NCBI GenBank assembly: GCA_963920595.1 | Contig: OY986946.1 | Span: 3,472,001-3,536,000 of the forward strand | DNA length: 64,000 nucleotides | Reading direction: 5' to 3' | Source of the DNA: Eimeria praecox | Lineage: Eukaryota | In this document: positions 29,201 to 42,588 of the stretch, piece after piece | Layout of the letters: each line of letters begins with the position of its first letter | Numbering within the stretch: the stretch's first letter is position 1 | Made by a program: the position numbers and the translations under genes | Notes under the pieces: generated by a model | The model's input: the letters and a program-made list of their open reading frames with translations, nothing else | Databases searched by the model: none | Told to the model about the DNA's origin: nothing

Positions 29201-31017
29201 GTAAGTACGTATAGTAAATGCTCGCATCTCGCAGTTCTGTCAAATAATTCTTGGTGAATTTGCAACAGTCCTCACTACCATACTCAGCTGTGCCGTTTTG
29301 CTCTGTTCAGAGCACATTTACCGAGGTGGTGTTTGCACGAGAAAGCGCTCTCTACAAAAGCGAAGGGATTACAGCAAAGGACATCGAGTTTACCACCAAC
29401 AACGAGGTGATAAGCGTGCTGATAGACAAAGGGAATTCCATTCTCAGCATTCTGGAAGACCAGTGCCTAGCACCTGGTAAGCGCAAAAAATTTACACGAG
29501 TTTACTCTGGTGGCTTATATGATTCCTCTTGGTCAGGCCTATGCTGAACAGCTGAAGAAGTTTTGTTTGTTCGCAGGCGGCAGCGACGAAAAGCTCGTTA
29601 GCACATGCTGCACGAAGCTTAAGTCTTCCTCGAAGTTTGTTCCCGCCAAGCTTGATGCTCAGAGTGCCTTTTTCGTAAAGCAGTCAATCGGGACCATCAA
29701 GTACAACGCACAAGGATTTATATTCAAGAACAAGGATGTCTTACGGCCTGAGATGGTTGAGGTCGTGCAGGTGGGGAAGAATACCTATATGTAATCCAAA
29801 TTAAAATCTTTTTCGCACTTTGTCCACTTGTTCTTTTGATTGCGAGGCCACGTGCAGAGCAGAAAGAACCCGCATGTCGGGTTGCAGCCTCACTGTTGTT
29901 AGCTGCGTCGTAACCGTCGTGCAACTCGGTCAGGCTCACTGCCAACGAATGCTAACGTCAGAACACTCGGAGCTGCTTTTGTGCCGTTGTACAGGCGTCA
30001 GGAAACCCGGTGGTACGGGCTCTTTTTGAAGGGGTAAAGGTTGAAAGAGGAAAAATGGCGAAGGGCTCTTTGATCGGGTCTCAGTTCCTAGGTCAACTCA
30101 GCAAACTCATGTCCCTCATAGGCTCAACAGAAGCCCACTTCATCAGGTGACAAATAGCTGCAGCTAACATCGTCTGAGGGTGCATCAAAATCTATAGCCT
30201 TGACAACTATAAAGACCGTGCTTAGGGTTTAGGGTGGTAAAATATTTGTGTAGTGTGGCGAAATACAATAGGTCTTTTTTGCATCTGTATGCCTACGTAG
30301 GTGCGTAAAGCCCAACGAAGAGAAGAAGCCCTTGCTGTGGGTTCAAAGCAAAGTGCTCATTCAGTTGCATGCGCTCTCTATCATTGAAGCGCTGCAGCTA
30401 CGTCAACTCGGGTACTCATATCGGCGGCAGTTCCAGGTACGTGCGACAGATCAAGTTACATCTTATTAAGCGCGCTTGTGTTCAGCCAATAAATAAAAAA
30501 AATACGGAAAGAACCGTATGTCCTGCCCTACAAAGAGAGCCGCGCAGATGCGTCCGTCTGTTGGAATGTGTGGTGCGAACTTATAGGAATTTGTGGAGCA
30601 ATTCCAGTTCATCGACTTAAGCGCCGCGAAGATGGCGGACAAAAGAGCTGCTACCGAAGCAATAATTGCTTCTGCAAACCTGCAAAGCGGTACGCTCCGC
30701 GGCTCTTCGGTAGCTCTTCTCTCCGCACTGTGGGTTAAGAAGTTGCATTCCTATGAAGGTTGAAGCTGCGGCAATGTGGCTGTTGATGCTTCTGTTCAGG
30801 TGCGTACGCGCTGGGGAAAACAATGGTATTCTTGAAGCCAGAAAGTGCAAAGTATCTGGTCCACTTACAGCGCACGCGTCTGTCTGCTTGGGGCCCCCTT
30901 ATAGGAGTTATAGAGGCCATCTACGTGCAGAAGAAGCTGCATACCAAGAAACAAGCATTTGCAATATGCTCTAGGATATGCGCTCATGCACGAAGAAAGC
31001 TTGACCAGCATATTTGA
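26208..31017 (+). CDS. MyoD: Class XIVa apicomplexan myosin, most similar to MyoD, ~13 exons
   Basis: Exons begin 26208-26270, 26493-26660, 26833-27294, 27536-27679 and 27823-27955; last exon ~30800-31017. P-loop GESGAGKT, switch I NNNSSRFG, switch [10 protein letters not shown], class XIV SH1/SH2 region [21 protein letters not shown] without the fulcrum Gly, and a very short tail ending [10 protein letters not shown]. The N-terminus and KTETTKQLM match my recollection of Toxoplasma MyoD better than MyoA. Confidence 0.85.
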
Positions 31018-31761
31018 CCGCTTGTCAAATGCCCCCTTTTGCATACATCATACAGTGTCAAGCCACATTTTTCCACAACAGCGAGGCTGGTGGCTGGTAT
31101 GTAGCGTCACATTGCGTGGCGGTTTACAAACCATGGATGCATCTTTGAAACTTTAAGACAATGACAATACATTGCAGTTCCACAACAGATACAATGCATG
31201 CATCAATGGATTATCAGCATACTAGGTCGTTGCTGCCTCCTTACCTCTACCAAGTGCTTGCATTCTGTGGTAATAATAACACGTCGTATCTGTGGTTGGT
31301 CTGTATGACTGCGTCTGCACTGCCCGCTTGGTATGGGCGCCTCCAGACACTAGCGAACGCGTGCAGGGTGCCATACATTTTATCAGTCTGCATCCCATAT
31401 CCAACTTGCCGGCCCAGCACTGTACAATCTACAATAGCATCGGGCCTCACAAAAACACTTTTACGGGGGCACGAAACACCACACGGCAAGCTGCCACTAC
31501 CCACGAAGCAAGGTGGATGGACCTGCAGGGCCACACTGGGCATTAGCCTCTTTCTAAACAAGCGAGCAGCCCATCCCCTCACTCCAAACAACAAAACACC
31601 TACAAACTTGCCATTATTTTGCCTACTAATGCAGGCAAACTGCGTCGATGTGGGGATTTGACGCCCTCATTCTGTTGCCTTGTGAATTCAATATGCCTCC
31701 GGAGAGACCCTCGTGCACCAGAAGGACGTTCGGATGTTGAGAAAACATTTCAAAATCTGCC

Positions 31762-34700
31762 TTACAGTGCCTGAAGACGGTCAGAACACTTGTTAAGGGG
31801 CAAGACCCCTTGACCAGTGTTCTGCCAGTCTTCGGTGCATTTTTTGAAAGGGATGATGGCATTGGTACCAGTGTTCTGCCAGTCTTCGGTGCATTTTTTG
31901 AAAGGGATGATGGCATTGGTACTTCGAGATCCTTTTAAAATAGCCCATCGACGCTTTTGCTTCCTCCACGGTCCTTCTCCTGGTAAACGCACATTACTCA
32001 TATATTATGGCCAACCCGTGCGGGTTCCTCCAATCCTCCTGGCACCTACCGCGTCAGTGCGGGTGTCGGAGGAGCAGTGTTGAGATTCCTCTACTGATTC
32101 ACCACATACTGCCACAAAAACCTCTGATATAGCATGGTTTAGAGCACAAGCCGGGTTGTTCCTTGCGCGTCTCCACCATTTGACGGTCCAGTGCTGTTGC
32201 CGCTCTTGCTGCTGCTGTCTGTGCTATCAAGCTGATGGGGGGCAGGACCAGCTGCTGGGGTCGTATGAACAACTGCACCGTATGAACAATTCAAGGAGGC
32301 AACGCGCTGCGAGCCTGCTTCCAGCTGTGGGTCAATGCGCCCACCATCGCCATACTGAGGCCTTTGCTTCTCACGTGCTAGATTAGTCGTGGGGGGTTCG
32401 GAAATATTCGCTGTATCAGCCGATCTCCTGACATATCCAGTATTACTCAAGATACCCTGATCCCTGCTAATGTTGCCCCAAGGGGCTCCTTTAGTCATGC
32501 CACCTTCCGCTTTTTTCAGCAGATGCACGGAGAAAGAAAGGCGTTTCGGCACAGTCCTGCAGCTGCGGCTCGAGCACACACGGTTCCATCGCAATTCATC
32601 TGTAGCTGTTTCAAGGGCTGTCAAACCCCGGCTGCATCTCACGCGGTAATCAGCACCCTGGAGGCATGAAACACAGCAGAACACTTCGCAGCTCCACGTG
32701 CTGTCACACCTATGCGTGATGCCTACTTTAAGGAATATTGCTGAACCAACGATGTGCACTGGCGGCATATGCAATGTGCAGATGAGCTAGGCGTGCTTAC
32801 ATGACGCAAAAGAAGCCGCACGACAGATGGACGATCGAATGCATCGAAGAGCGGCGTTTGTCCGTTGCTTCGTCGCATGTTAACCATCTCCGGAACAACA
32901 TTCAGCAGCAGCTCTATGACATTAACGTGACCATTCTTCACCGCGTAGTGCAACGGGGTGTCCCCTTCATTGTCGCGTATCGCAAGAAACTGCCGCTGGC
33001 TACTTATTCCACCTGCAAAGGCATACCGCCACGCCTGAAGGGAATCCGGCTTATCAATCCACAAGTTGTTTTACTTGACGTTTCCAAACCCTAGGAAATC
33101 TGAAGAAGTAACTCGTGCCTGCTCATCCCGTGTTCGCTGCCTTAATAGCTGAGGCGCTACGATCGGGTATGATACGGCAGCACGCTGTCGCGAGTAAGCA
33201 GCTTTTCACAGCTAGTTCACAACCCAGATATTAAAACCCACCGGGCGCACCTATTTGTTCAAGGATCCACGCGAGGCATTTGGCATGGCCATATGCAGCT
33301 GCATAGAATGCCAGAGTCTGGCCCCTGTCACACTTGATGCCAGCGAGTGGAGGCAGGGCAACGCGTTCTTTCAGGGGTTCGTCTTCATAGATACATTTGA
33401 ACAGCTCCAGCACCTGTTTATCGTCTTTGCTTGGGCGTCGCAGTATGTGATGAAACAAGGACATCCCCGACACCTTGCTCTTGGCATGCACGAGCTGTCT
33501 GAGCGCCAACAGAATGAAACAAGCATATTTACAATAGCTGAAGTGTTCAGTATTGTATGGAGGCGGGTCCGTAGTTAGGGCGTTCGCCCGAAAGGAAAGG
33601 CTGCTTAGGCTGCAGAGCATACACACTTACGGTTCTTCCTTTAGCCGATTAAATACATCGGGGCCCAGCATGCCCACGACGCATTCTGGCCAGTCTGAAA
33701 TTTCTGATGCTTCCCCCTTCGAGCTGCTGCCTTTGGGAGCTTGAACAGCAGCAGAGCTATTCCACTGCTGGCTGACTGGCTGACGCGAGTCCCGCTCACT
33801 GAACTGCTGCCAATGGTCTGCTCTTAGCGGTGCTTCCACAGCTTGTATGCCAACATGCCGGACAGAACGTGCATATCCCGGTGCCGCACGCACCTCGCTT
33901 GCCAAGTAAGTTTCCTGTAAAGCCCCCAAACCTGTGCGTGCAGCGGCTACAGCACAGGCAGGGCCAACCTTGCTGCCTACGGCTCTTGCGCCACCATCTC
34001 TTTCCCCCCTGGAAAGAGGCGGGGGCGAGGAAAGCGTGCTGCCCAATTCAACGCACCGGCTACATGAGTTGTCGTTGTTCGCTCTGCTACAAGAAGCTTT
34101 GCCATTGCTACGCAGGGGTGGCTGATCCCTCAACGGACCATCTCGATTTCCCGTGGGGAACCTACTGGGTCCCCCTACTTCGTTTTGGTGCTGTCGTTCC
34201 TGCTGAATCACAGGAGGGTCCGGGGAGCTGCACCTGCTGCTGTCTTCACTGCTATCTGAAATGGTGATGCATTCCTGCAGTGGCGAAGCGCAAAGGTCCC
34301 ATTCAGACTTCGTGACAACAGCCTGAACGCTCGCACAAGTCTTTCCACCAAGAGCATGCGAAAAGGCTCTCGGAGTACGATCCACTAATCCGCCTTCACT
34401 GAACAAACCAGCCCGCTCTTCCATTGCACAACGCAAGCCAAGAGCTCGCTGTTGTTCAGCCTCCGTAAGCTCGCGCTTGGGCCTGTGGAAGAAACTGGGA
34501 CAGTGTGAAGTTGCAAATGATGGCCTGCTGCAGCCACGCAGAGCTACATCCCTTGAAGGAGCTCGTTTCTCAAGTGCTTCCTGGCCTGTACGTTCGACTG
34601 TTCTTGAGCTGGGTACTATATATCCGTTATATGGCAGTAAAACATCTCGCAAATATCCGGTCCTGGGCTTCCTGTTATTTTGCGTTTGAAACAGCTGCTG

Positions 34701-34841
34701 CTGCAGGAAGGCTCTCTTTGTACAATGCTGCTCCTGTTGCAGCAATGCTCGCAGTCTTCGCTTCAGGTCCACCTGAGGTTTTGTAGAGGCCACGCCTCTG
34801 GGCTTTAAATCTGTCAGGTCAGTTCTTGCCGGCTTCTCCAT
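31762..34841 (-). CDS. Ankyrin-repeat protein with long low-complexity N-terminus; 3' end uncertain
   Basis: Exons ~33631-34841, 33251-33498, 32801-33012 and from 32657 join in phase. Ankyrin repeats include GQTLAFYAAAYGHAKCLAWIL, DNEGDTPLHYAVKNGHVNVIELLL and NGQTPLFDA...VVRLLLRH|GAD. The stop is either at 32139 or in a further exon ending at 31762. Confidence 0.75.
31813..31920. repeat. Perfect 54-bp tandem duplication
   Basis: accagtgttctgccagtcttcggtgcattttttgaaagggatgatggcattggt occurs at 31813-31866 and 31867-31920. Confidence 0.95.
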
Positions 34842-37364
34842 TTCCTCGAAGATCGGTGGGCCTAGTGCGTTGTGCTGCCCCTCCCAAGGGAGAAACAGCG
34901 CCTACCCCACAACGTCGTGTGGACACAAACAACAAAAAGAGAACAAAATGATTGACGACAGTCCTTCTTAACGTCCTCTTATCAAAGCAAATATGCCCTG
35001 GGTCCATAGAAACTTCTCCGCATGTGAAGACTGGGGCTCCTCTACAGCCAAAACCAGCTGCTTGACGTCCAGAAGTTTGTTAAGCATTCAGGCAACTTTT
35101 TTAATGACACAGCGCAGTTGACAAACACCTCCACAGATATCACATCTGCTAGATGTGGTTGTGATTGCTGACTTCTTACTTTCTTGAGCTGCGTTTCCCC
35201 CAACTGTGGCGAAGGAAGGGCGGATCCAAAGCGCGCAGCAAACACAAACGCGTGGATGCATACATAAAGCTTAAATGTGTTTGAAATGTTTGTTGCTTGC
35301 CATGCGCCAACTTCGAAGACAAGGCGATATCACCGCCACCTTGTCAAGAGGTGGGCTACCGGTGACTACGCACGTGCCCGTACAAAGCCACCAGAAACCT
35401 TCCTTCCGATATTTCAAAAGTCAAAGCGGTCGAATTTCATGAGATGTAGGAAACGCTGAACCATGAAACAGGTAGATCTGGGCACTCCGCAGCATTCAAG
35501 GGTCTGGCAGACTCTTACCACCGGCTCCCCGTGCCCTCAAGTGCAGTCTCTTCGAGCTTTTGGCTGAAGCTGTGAAGATACTGAAAGTTCTCCAATCAAA
35601 TGGAATAAACTGTGATCTCCGCTATAAAGAGGGGAAACACAATGACTGGGGATGAAGCAGCGGATGCGGGCAATCGCTGTTTAATGGGCCGAGAGGGTGC
35701 CGCAATTCCCGTGTCTTCGTGTGAACACGCAGAGCATGGCTTTCAGATTTCAGATGATTCTGTCCAAAGCGTAACTACTTTCCATTTCATCACCTTTACA
35801 GCTGTTCATTTGGGAAGGGCGGAACACTACTTGAACTGCTGCTCTCCAGTGGTCCACTGGGGCTTACGCTTCCCTGGAGCACAAGGGCAGTAGCTGAACC
35901 TCATTTTACCCTTGCAAAATAAACTAAAACATATATAAATTCGGTATAAGACAGGGAGAGCACACACACAACAGAGGGAATGCTGTGTCAATGCGAGACA
36001 CCGAAGAGGCGCGGCTCAGCGGACTCTCAAATGGACCTGTGTTGCACTGGGCATTGTATCGCGCCCGTGTGTTTACATTTGCCTTTTTAAACGGTGTTTA
36101 CTCAATTACAAAGCATTTAGACTTTGACAGAGATCGTGAATGGCGTGCTGTGGCTGGAAAGTGTCCGTGCTTGCGGTAGAAGGCACAAATCTGTCGATTT
36201 GGCCAGCATTGCGAACCCTTCCCCAGTTCCTGCTACCCCTTTTCCATTAAGATGCTGCATTTTACGAAGTGTGTTTGAGTGTTTAACAGCAATAGGGGTT
36301 CCAAAAGAGTCATTTAATGCCAGTACGCAGAAGTCGGGGTTTGACGTTGAGACCGTCCCCAGAGACGGGGTTTAGGAGCATGCGGAAATTTAAAGTGAGA
36401 GCAGCAAAGGAGGAAGGGGACTTAAAAAAATACTGCTAGTTTTAAATTCAGCTTTAAAGAAAGTGAAGAAAGCGAAGTAAGTAGCAAGGAGTATTTGAGG
36501 AGGGGCTTCGGCGTCTCATTGACGCTATGATTGAAGTCATGGAGGCTTATTGTTTATTCAGCAGTGCAAATTGGGGGCGCTTTCCCTCCTCTCATTTCGC
36601 CATGTCTTGCTTTCCAAAGCAGTTTTAGCTTGCGTATTGGCAGCAACTGCGTAACATTATCTGAGGCATTTGTTCCTCATCCACGGTTTATTCATAGTGT
36701 TACCCAGCTGGTCGGGTCCTAGGCCGTTTCTGCCCTTCAAAACTAAGTTTCTGCTTGCTTAAGGCTTGCAATTAATTCAAATGTATCTTAGTCTAGATAA
36801 AATAACGGAATTATTTGGTCGCTTCAGCGCATTAGGATTCGAGGGGATCTGAGGATCTGCAGCACGTGTACGGGGTTACGTCAAAAATGCCAGCCCCTCG
36901 CCGGCTGTTGGTGACGACATCCAGTTTTTGTGGTGCCTTGACGTACAACTGAAGAGTGGCTTTGCATATACGGTCGCATGGAGCAGGGCAAGAAGCCCAC
37001 TGACTGCTCCAAATCCCCTAGGCTTTCGGCATTATCACTATAGAACAATTCTAGCGCCACGCTAACAACATTTTTAAGACGTTTCTACATTCGAACTTCG
37101 AACTGGTTCATCAGATCAAGGGGAATGAATACACTCATGCCACTCAGCCACTTGAACGGAGTCCTTGTGTTTTGATTGCTTTGAGTAGGTTGCAAACTTC
37201 GCGAAGAATGACACTTTGTTCTTCTATTAGGTCGCGTAGAACCCTAGCCTGCGCAAAAGCTCACAGTCAATCTTTTTGCCGCAGTTTAGTGCTTTTCTTC
37301 TCCCACTTGCAAGACAATCGCATGCAGGAAAATACACAAACTACACCCTGCCACAGCAAAGGAT

Positions 37365-40300
37365 TTAGTGCGGTATCGCCCTTACGTCAGTGGGGCCAAT
37401 CGCTCCTCTTTGTAGCTTTCCTGAACAAGCTCTTGAACGATCTTCGACAGCCGGTGATGAAGAACGAACCGGCTTGCTTCCTCGAGGAAGTCTCGACGCT
37501 GCCCGCATCTTCGCTGGGCTGCTTGCCTGCGCTGTCCCCATTCCTGCAGACAAAGCAGCTCAGCCACACACAGCATGCATCTCCTAGGCTTCTTATAAAG
37601 CCTGCATAGGCCACCCTTCTAGGTGCAGTTCAAATGCAGTAGTCATTAGCTTTTCTCATTAGCATGAGAAAAGACCCTTGCAGACTAAGCAGCCAGGAAA
37701 TGTTCCCAACTGCATGTGCTTATCACACAAACTCGAATTCCGTTTTTGTCGTTTTATTCATTTACGTAACAGGATGGACGAAGCTCGTGCAGATTTCAGC
37801 AGCAACACTAAATAGTGGCTTAACCTACCTGCTCTTGGAATCGTTCCTTTGGTCCCCTTGTGCTGCAGGACTCCAGCAGTTGATGAGTTTGCTTTTATTA
37901 TAGAGGACACTTCCGTGTTCTGCATGTGCGTCAAAACCGCGGCCAGCCACTCGTACAAATCCATCATCAATATCAGTTCTGAGGAAGCCTTAAATTGGCG
38001 AAAGCCCCCATGAAATGAACGCTGTTGTTCTGGAGAGTGTATTAGTTGCTGTTGCCGTCCGTACGATAGGAATTCCGTGATGAACTCCGGCGAAACCTTG
38101 GACATTTTTATTTCCAACGAATCTACCACAGAAGGCCGCAGCACCAAAGGAGTTACGCCAGCGCCCCCCGCTGCAATATCATAAAGTGCTTGTGCATCAA
38201 CTCCTGACCCTTTAATCATCACATCCGGTGATATAAAAGGCTGAGCTACTAGTCGAATCACAGGGTCCCTTAGGGGTGGCCAGGCCTGATCGCTAACGAG
38301 ATGCATTGCATAACCCGAGATGCGAGCCATTTTGGCCCACAAGTAGCTGTCGGATCTGCACGGCACTTCGACTTTTGTGGGTGGACGACGCTTAGGGGAG
38401 AACAAGGGGATCAAATCTTTAAGGGGAGGTGCAGAAAGTGAATTGCAACACAGCTGAAATACAGCCCGGAGCAACAAAGCCGCAACGTCAAAGAGCCACG
38501 ACGGATACGACGTGGTTGTTGCTCGAACAAGCGCCTGCCTGCAATCGCAGTAACACATTTAAATTTCTTTCACATGCAAGCTCTAGCACAGAGGGAAGTC
38601 GTAGGCAAGGCACGTGCAACTCGTGAGGTTGGTGTTGCATAAAACGGTGTTTAGAGCTGTAGCCCATCAAACAAATTCCGTAAGGGCCACGGACTGCATG
38701 CGAGAGCTGACGTTTCCCATAAAAAATCCCCAAGATTCTATATAAGCGTGCATGCTTCTTCATGTACAGCTTGCCCGCTTATGAAGCTTACCTAAACGCT
38801 TCGTCATCGTAATTCCAGAGTTTAAGGAATGCATGCCGCACTCTTCTGAACGTAGCCGGTTCCGGCGATCCCGTGATGCTGAGAAGTATGCACAGAAACA
38901 CAGCGAGAAGTCTTCATTGCGAGTGGAACCCCGTTACCCTACTTGGGTTAGTCTACAGACAACAGCTCAGCAAGTGTACAGCGTCTACAATGCAACAACT
39001 GGCAATCTGTCATCTGTATAAATTGTACGACAGCGTGGTAATCGTCTTTCAAGTTCTGCGGCACTCAACAACTGCGGTGTAAGCTCGAAGCAACCACCAG
39101 TTATATCACATGAGGCATCGATAAGTTTGCATACAAAGCGCATGCTGCGTCTGACATGATCGACAGATCCAGCTGCCCGCCACACCCTGATATGCCATGG
39201 AGACATAGCCGCAGCTCTTGCGGAAAACGGCTTACTTGTGCTCAAGTGGTAAGCCACATGGGGAAGCCACTGGGCCTGCAGCTTCGTCGTAGCCGAAGTT
39301 CACCGGCCGGTCGATCTGATCCTGCAGCATCTTCAGGTATGCCTCTTCTTGTGCCTGCTGCTTTGCCATGTGAGCATCTAGGAGTCGCTTCTGCTGCTCT
39401 TCAGGCATCGACACTGAGTTTCGTGTGGATGCGGCTGGTAGGATGTCTTTCTTGACTGGTGGGGGAGGCTCAGCGGGACGCATCTGCTTCTTGCGTAATA
39501 TGGGCTGGCCTTTTGCAGCTTTGGGTTTAAGGGAAGGTTTCACTTCCTTAGACGCCTTCAACTCGGCCAGAGATCTAAGAATGCCAGCTGAAACATCTTG
39601 CATGCGCGGTGTTGCAGCTTCGGGAGGGCATGCAGGCGGCAAGTTACCGGCCCTGTAAAGTTAAGCATTTCCGCAAGAGAACAACTCTGCTGCTACTGAC
39701 CGAAAAGCTAACTGAACTAAAGTGTGCATTTTCTCTGGGATGGGGTGGGGGGGCAATGAGAATATAGCAAGGCTCAGGCCTATCAGATACAGCATTGAGA
39801 GAATGATGTTTCTACCGACTCACTTCACTTCTTCCACTTCATTTTGCTCAAGTCCCAACAGCTTTATGAGCGCATCCGCTGAAAGGGGGCAGTGCTGACC
39901 CTCCATCTTCATCAGCTGGGCTGTAGACGCCCCAGGCTCTCCGTGCATCAGCACAAAAAGTGAATTGTACAAGATAAAGCGCATGCGATACTGAGCTGCC
40001 TGTAATAACGTCTTGTTGCAGCGTCTAACAATCAGCAACTTCGACAGCGAAAGATACTGGCAAATCTTTGATGTAATGCGGGGGTTTTTCCACACACTGT
40101 TGGATTCAGGGGGCCCCTTTGACGAAGTGCAGAGCTGCCGAGCAGCTGACAGCGTATCATTTTGATCCGAACTCTTCTCTGCCGCAATGCTTTTGCATTT
40201 CTGGCTGGTTGCCTCCCCTCGCATCAGGCTGCTGCTCTTGCCAGTGGCTGCAGTTGCAGTGCCAGGTTCCTCTTGCTTACTTTTGGTCGTAGAAGCTTTT

Positions 40301-42588
40301 GGGGCGTCCCTGTCTTGAGCAAATTGGTTTGAAGCGCGACGCACAGACTCTTGAACGGCTAAGGCAGAGTGATTGCTTTCCTGCATATGATCCCCCAGCT
40401 TAGGGTTGGCCTCCCAGCCTGAAACTGCCACCCCAGGCCCCCAGGGTTGAGCAGCCGCCTGTTTCTCGCGCTCCCGTTCACAGGCCAGATAAGCGGCACA
40501 AGCTGCACAAAGAGAGGCGGCCTGTTCAAGAGAGAGGTGGCTGTCTGCCTCCATTGAGACAGTGCCTTCCCTGGCCGGATGGTGCCCATTGGGTGCCATC
40601 GTTGACCACTTGCCACAGCGGTAACATTTGCCTTTCGCACCTGCAGATTTTGCGTCCCCTTGGTCTGCTATTTCACCTTCCCCATGAAGTGTGTTTGAGT
40701 CAACTGGGGGATGCCCAGCCTCAATACGCCACTCGTTGCAACACGGGCAGCAACAGCATGGCCGATCGGCGGGATCTAGGCCAGACTCTGGCGCGGGCGC
40801 TCTTCTTAGTCGACAACAGCGGCACCCACAGGGCAAGCCGAATGCGTCGTCATCCCAGGCACCGACAAGATGATCCCCGGGAGAGTCTGCCGGCCACATT
40901 TGGGCCTGTCGTGCTTGCTCAGCCGCCGGGCGCCTAGAAGGGGTAACCCGACGCTGCCCTCCGACGCGCCGTGCATGAGGAGTCGGGCTGCCTGAAACCC
41001 CATACGCTCGCATCCAAGCAGGAAGAGTCCATACTTCAGGCTGCAGAGCTGACAGTACGGGGTCCTCGACGTTGCCCATATGGGCATGGCCTTCGCAGCC
41101 CCCGCGTTCGAGAGGCAACTCAGTTGCGCCTCTCTCTGTTCGTGATGGCTTGCAGCTGCGGCTTCTCCTTGAAACCGACCTCTGCTGAGCTGCCCTCGCG
41201 TTCGCTTGCTTCTTGAAGAAGAGCAACTCCCTAGGGGAGAAGCTCACCCCTAACTGCCTGAGGGTTTCCTCGTCGTCAGCCCTGGCTGCCCCAGCAACAT
41301 CAAAGTGGGGGGTTGCGTTCATGGGGTTGCTGGCTGCTAAGGTTCGTGTATGTGCAGCCTGCCTGCCTACACTTGTCTTGACTTCGTCTGACGCACGCAG
41401 CGACCGACGGAAACCCCAGGCATCGCAACCCAACTGAGACGAAGGCTTGCCCGCCGCAACTTCCGCAGTGAAGTCAGCCTGATGCTTTCTCGACGGGGTG
41501 GCTCCTTGCTGCTCTGCGTATTGTGCTTGCTGCCGCTCCCTTTGTTGCTCAGTTAGGTGGGCCTGCATGCCGTCCCACACGACGCGTGGAGGGCCGAAAG
41601 ACATACTGCTTCCGTTGCAGTGTTGCGATGGCAGACCTGCAGGCAGAACGTCCTTAGCAATCTGATCTGGCGGCGAAGGCCTCGGGTTCAGCCACCCAGC
41701 ATTTCCTGGCTCTGAGTGAAGGGCTGGCGGGAGCGTTGAGGGCATGCAAAAGCCTGTAGAACCCTGAAATCCCCCCGCATAGCTGCAAGGCAGTGGATTT
41801 GAACCTAGCTGCCTCGAAGCATCTTGTGGGGCTGTCTGTAACGGCCACGCATCACTCGCATGCAGCAGAGGCGAAGAGTTTGCAGCTGCGTAATCCGGGA
41901 GGACTTGCCGCCGCTGACGGGTCGGGCACAGATCTTCTCCCTGTCTTCTGCCTCCACTTGGCATCCCAGCTGCAGGCAAGGAGCATGGGCTGATGCGCTT
42001 TTGCTGTCGCCTCTCTGCACGTGACATCCCCTGTTCCCCCTCCCCCCACGTCATAGAAGCTGTTGCAGACCGGGGAAGCCGCGACAGCCCCTGGAAGCCC
42101 TCTTGAGAAAAAGGAAAGGTGTATGGGCTGTCTTCATGATCGTTCTGAGGCACGCCTTCCATTGGGCCCCCACAAGAAAAATGCCGCCGTGAATTTCGAT
42201 GCTGCTGCAGAATCTGCTCCTGTCGTTCCCGCTGTTGCTGCTGCAGCTCGTTCCGTCGGCGCGCAACTGCTGCTGCCATGCCGCCTGCTTCCCCGTCTTC
42301 CCGCCTCTCTAGGTCTCTCCTCGAGTTGCGAAGACAGCCTGGACCCCCTTCAAAGATGATGCGCCCTTCTCCATCTTGACCGCTGTAGCATGGAACTGCA
42401 CGGTTAGCACGCCTCTCAATTGGATTTTGAGGAGGCGGGGGAGGCAGTGGCCGGTCCTGGGGAAGGGCAAAAGGCATCACCCTCGAAAGACGCAGCACCT
42501 CCGCCTTCACCTGCTGCTCTTGCTGCCTAAGGAGGCGCTGCTGCGACATGAGAGCGCTGAGGTCATAGTTCCCTCGGGCGTATGCCAT
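37365..42588 (-). CDS. Large multi-exon hypothetical protein with disordered N-terminus and an F-box-like motif
   Basis: 922-codon first exon from ATG 42588 (in-frame stop just upstream), further exons at ~39236-39653, 38792-38878, 37830-38540 and ~37365-37602. F-box-like segment VWKNPRITSKICQYLSLSKLLIVRRCNKTLLQAA at ~39990-40095. The 3' end is approximate. Confidence 0.7.
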
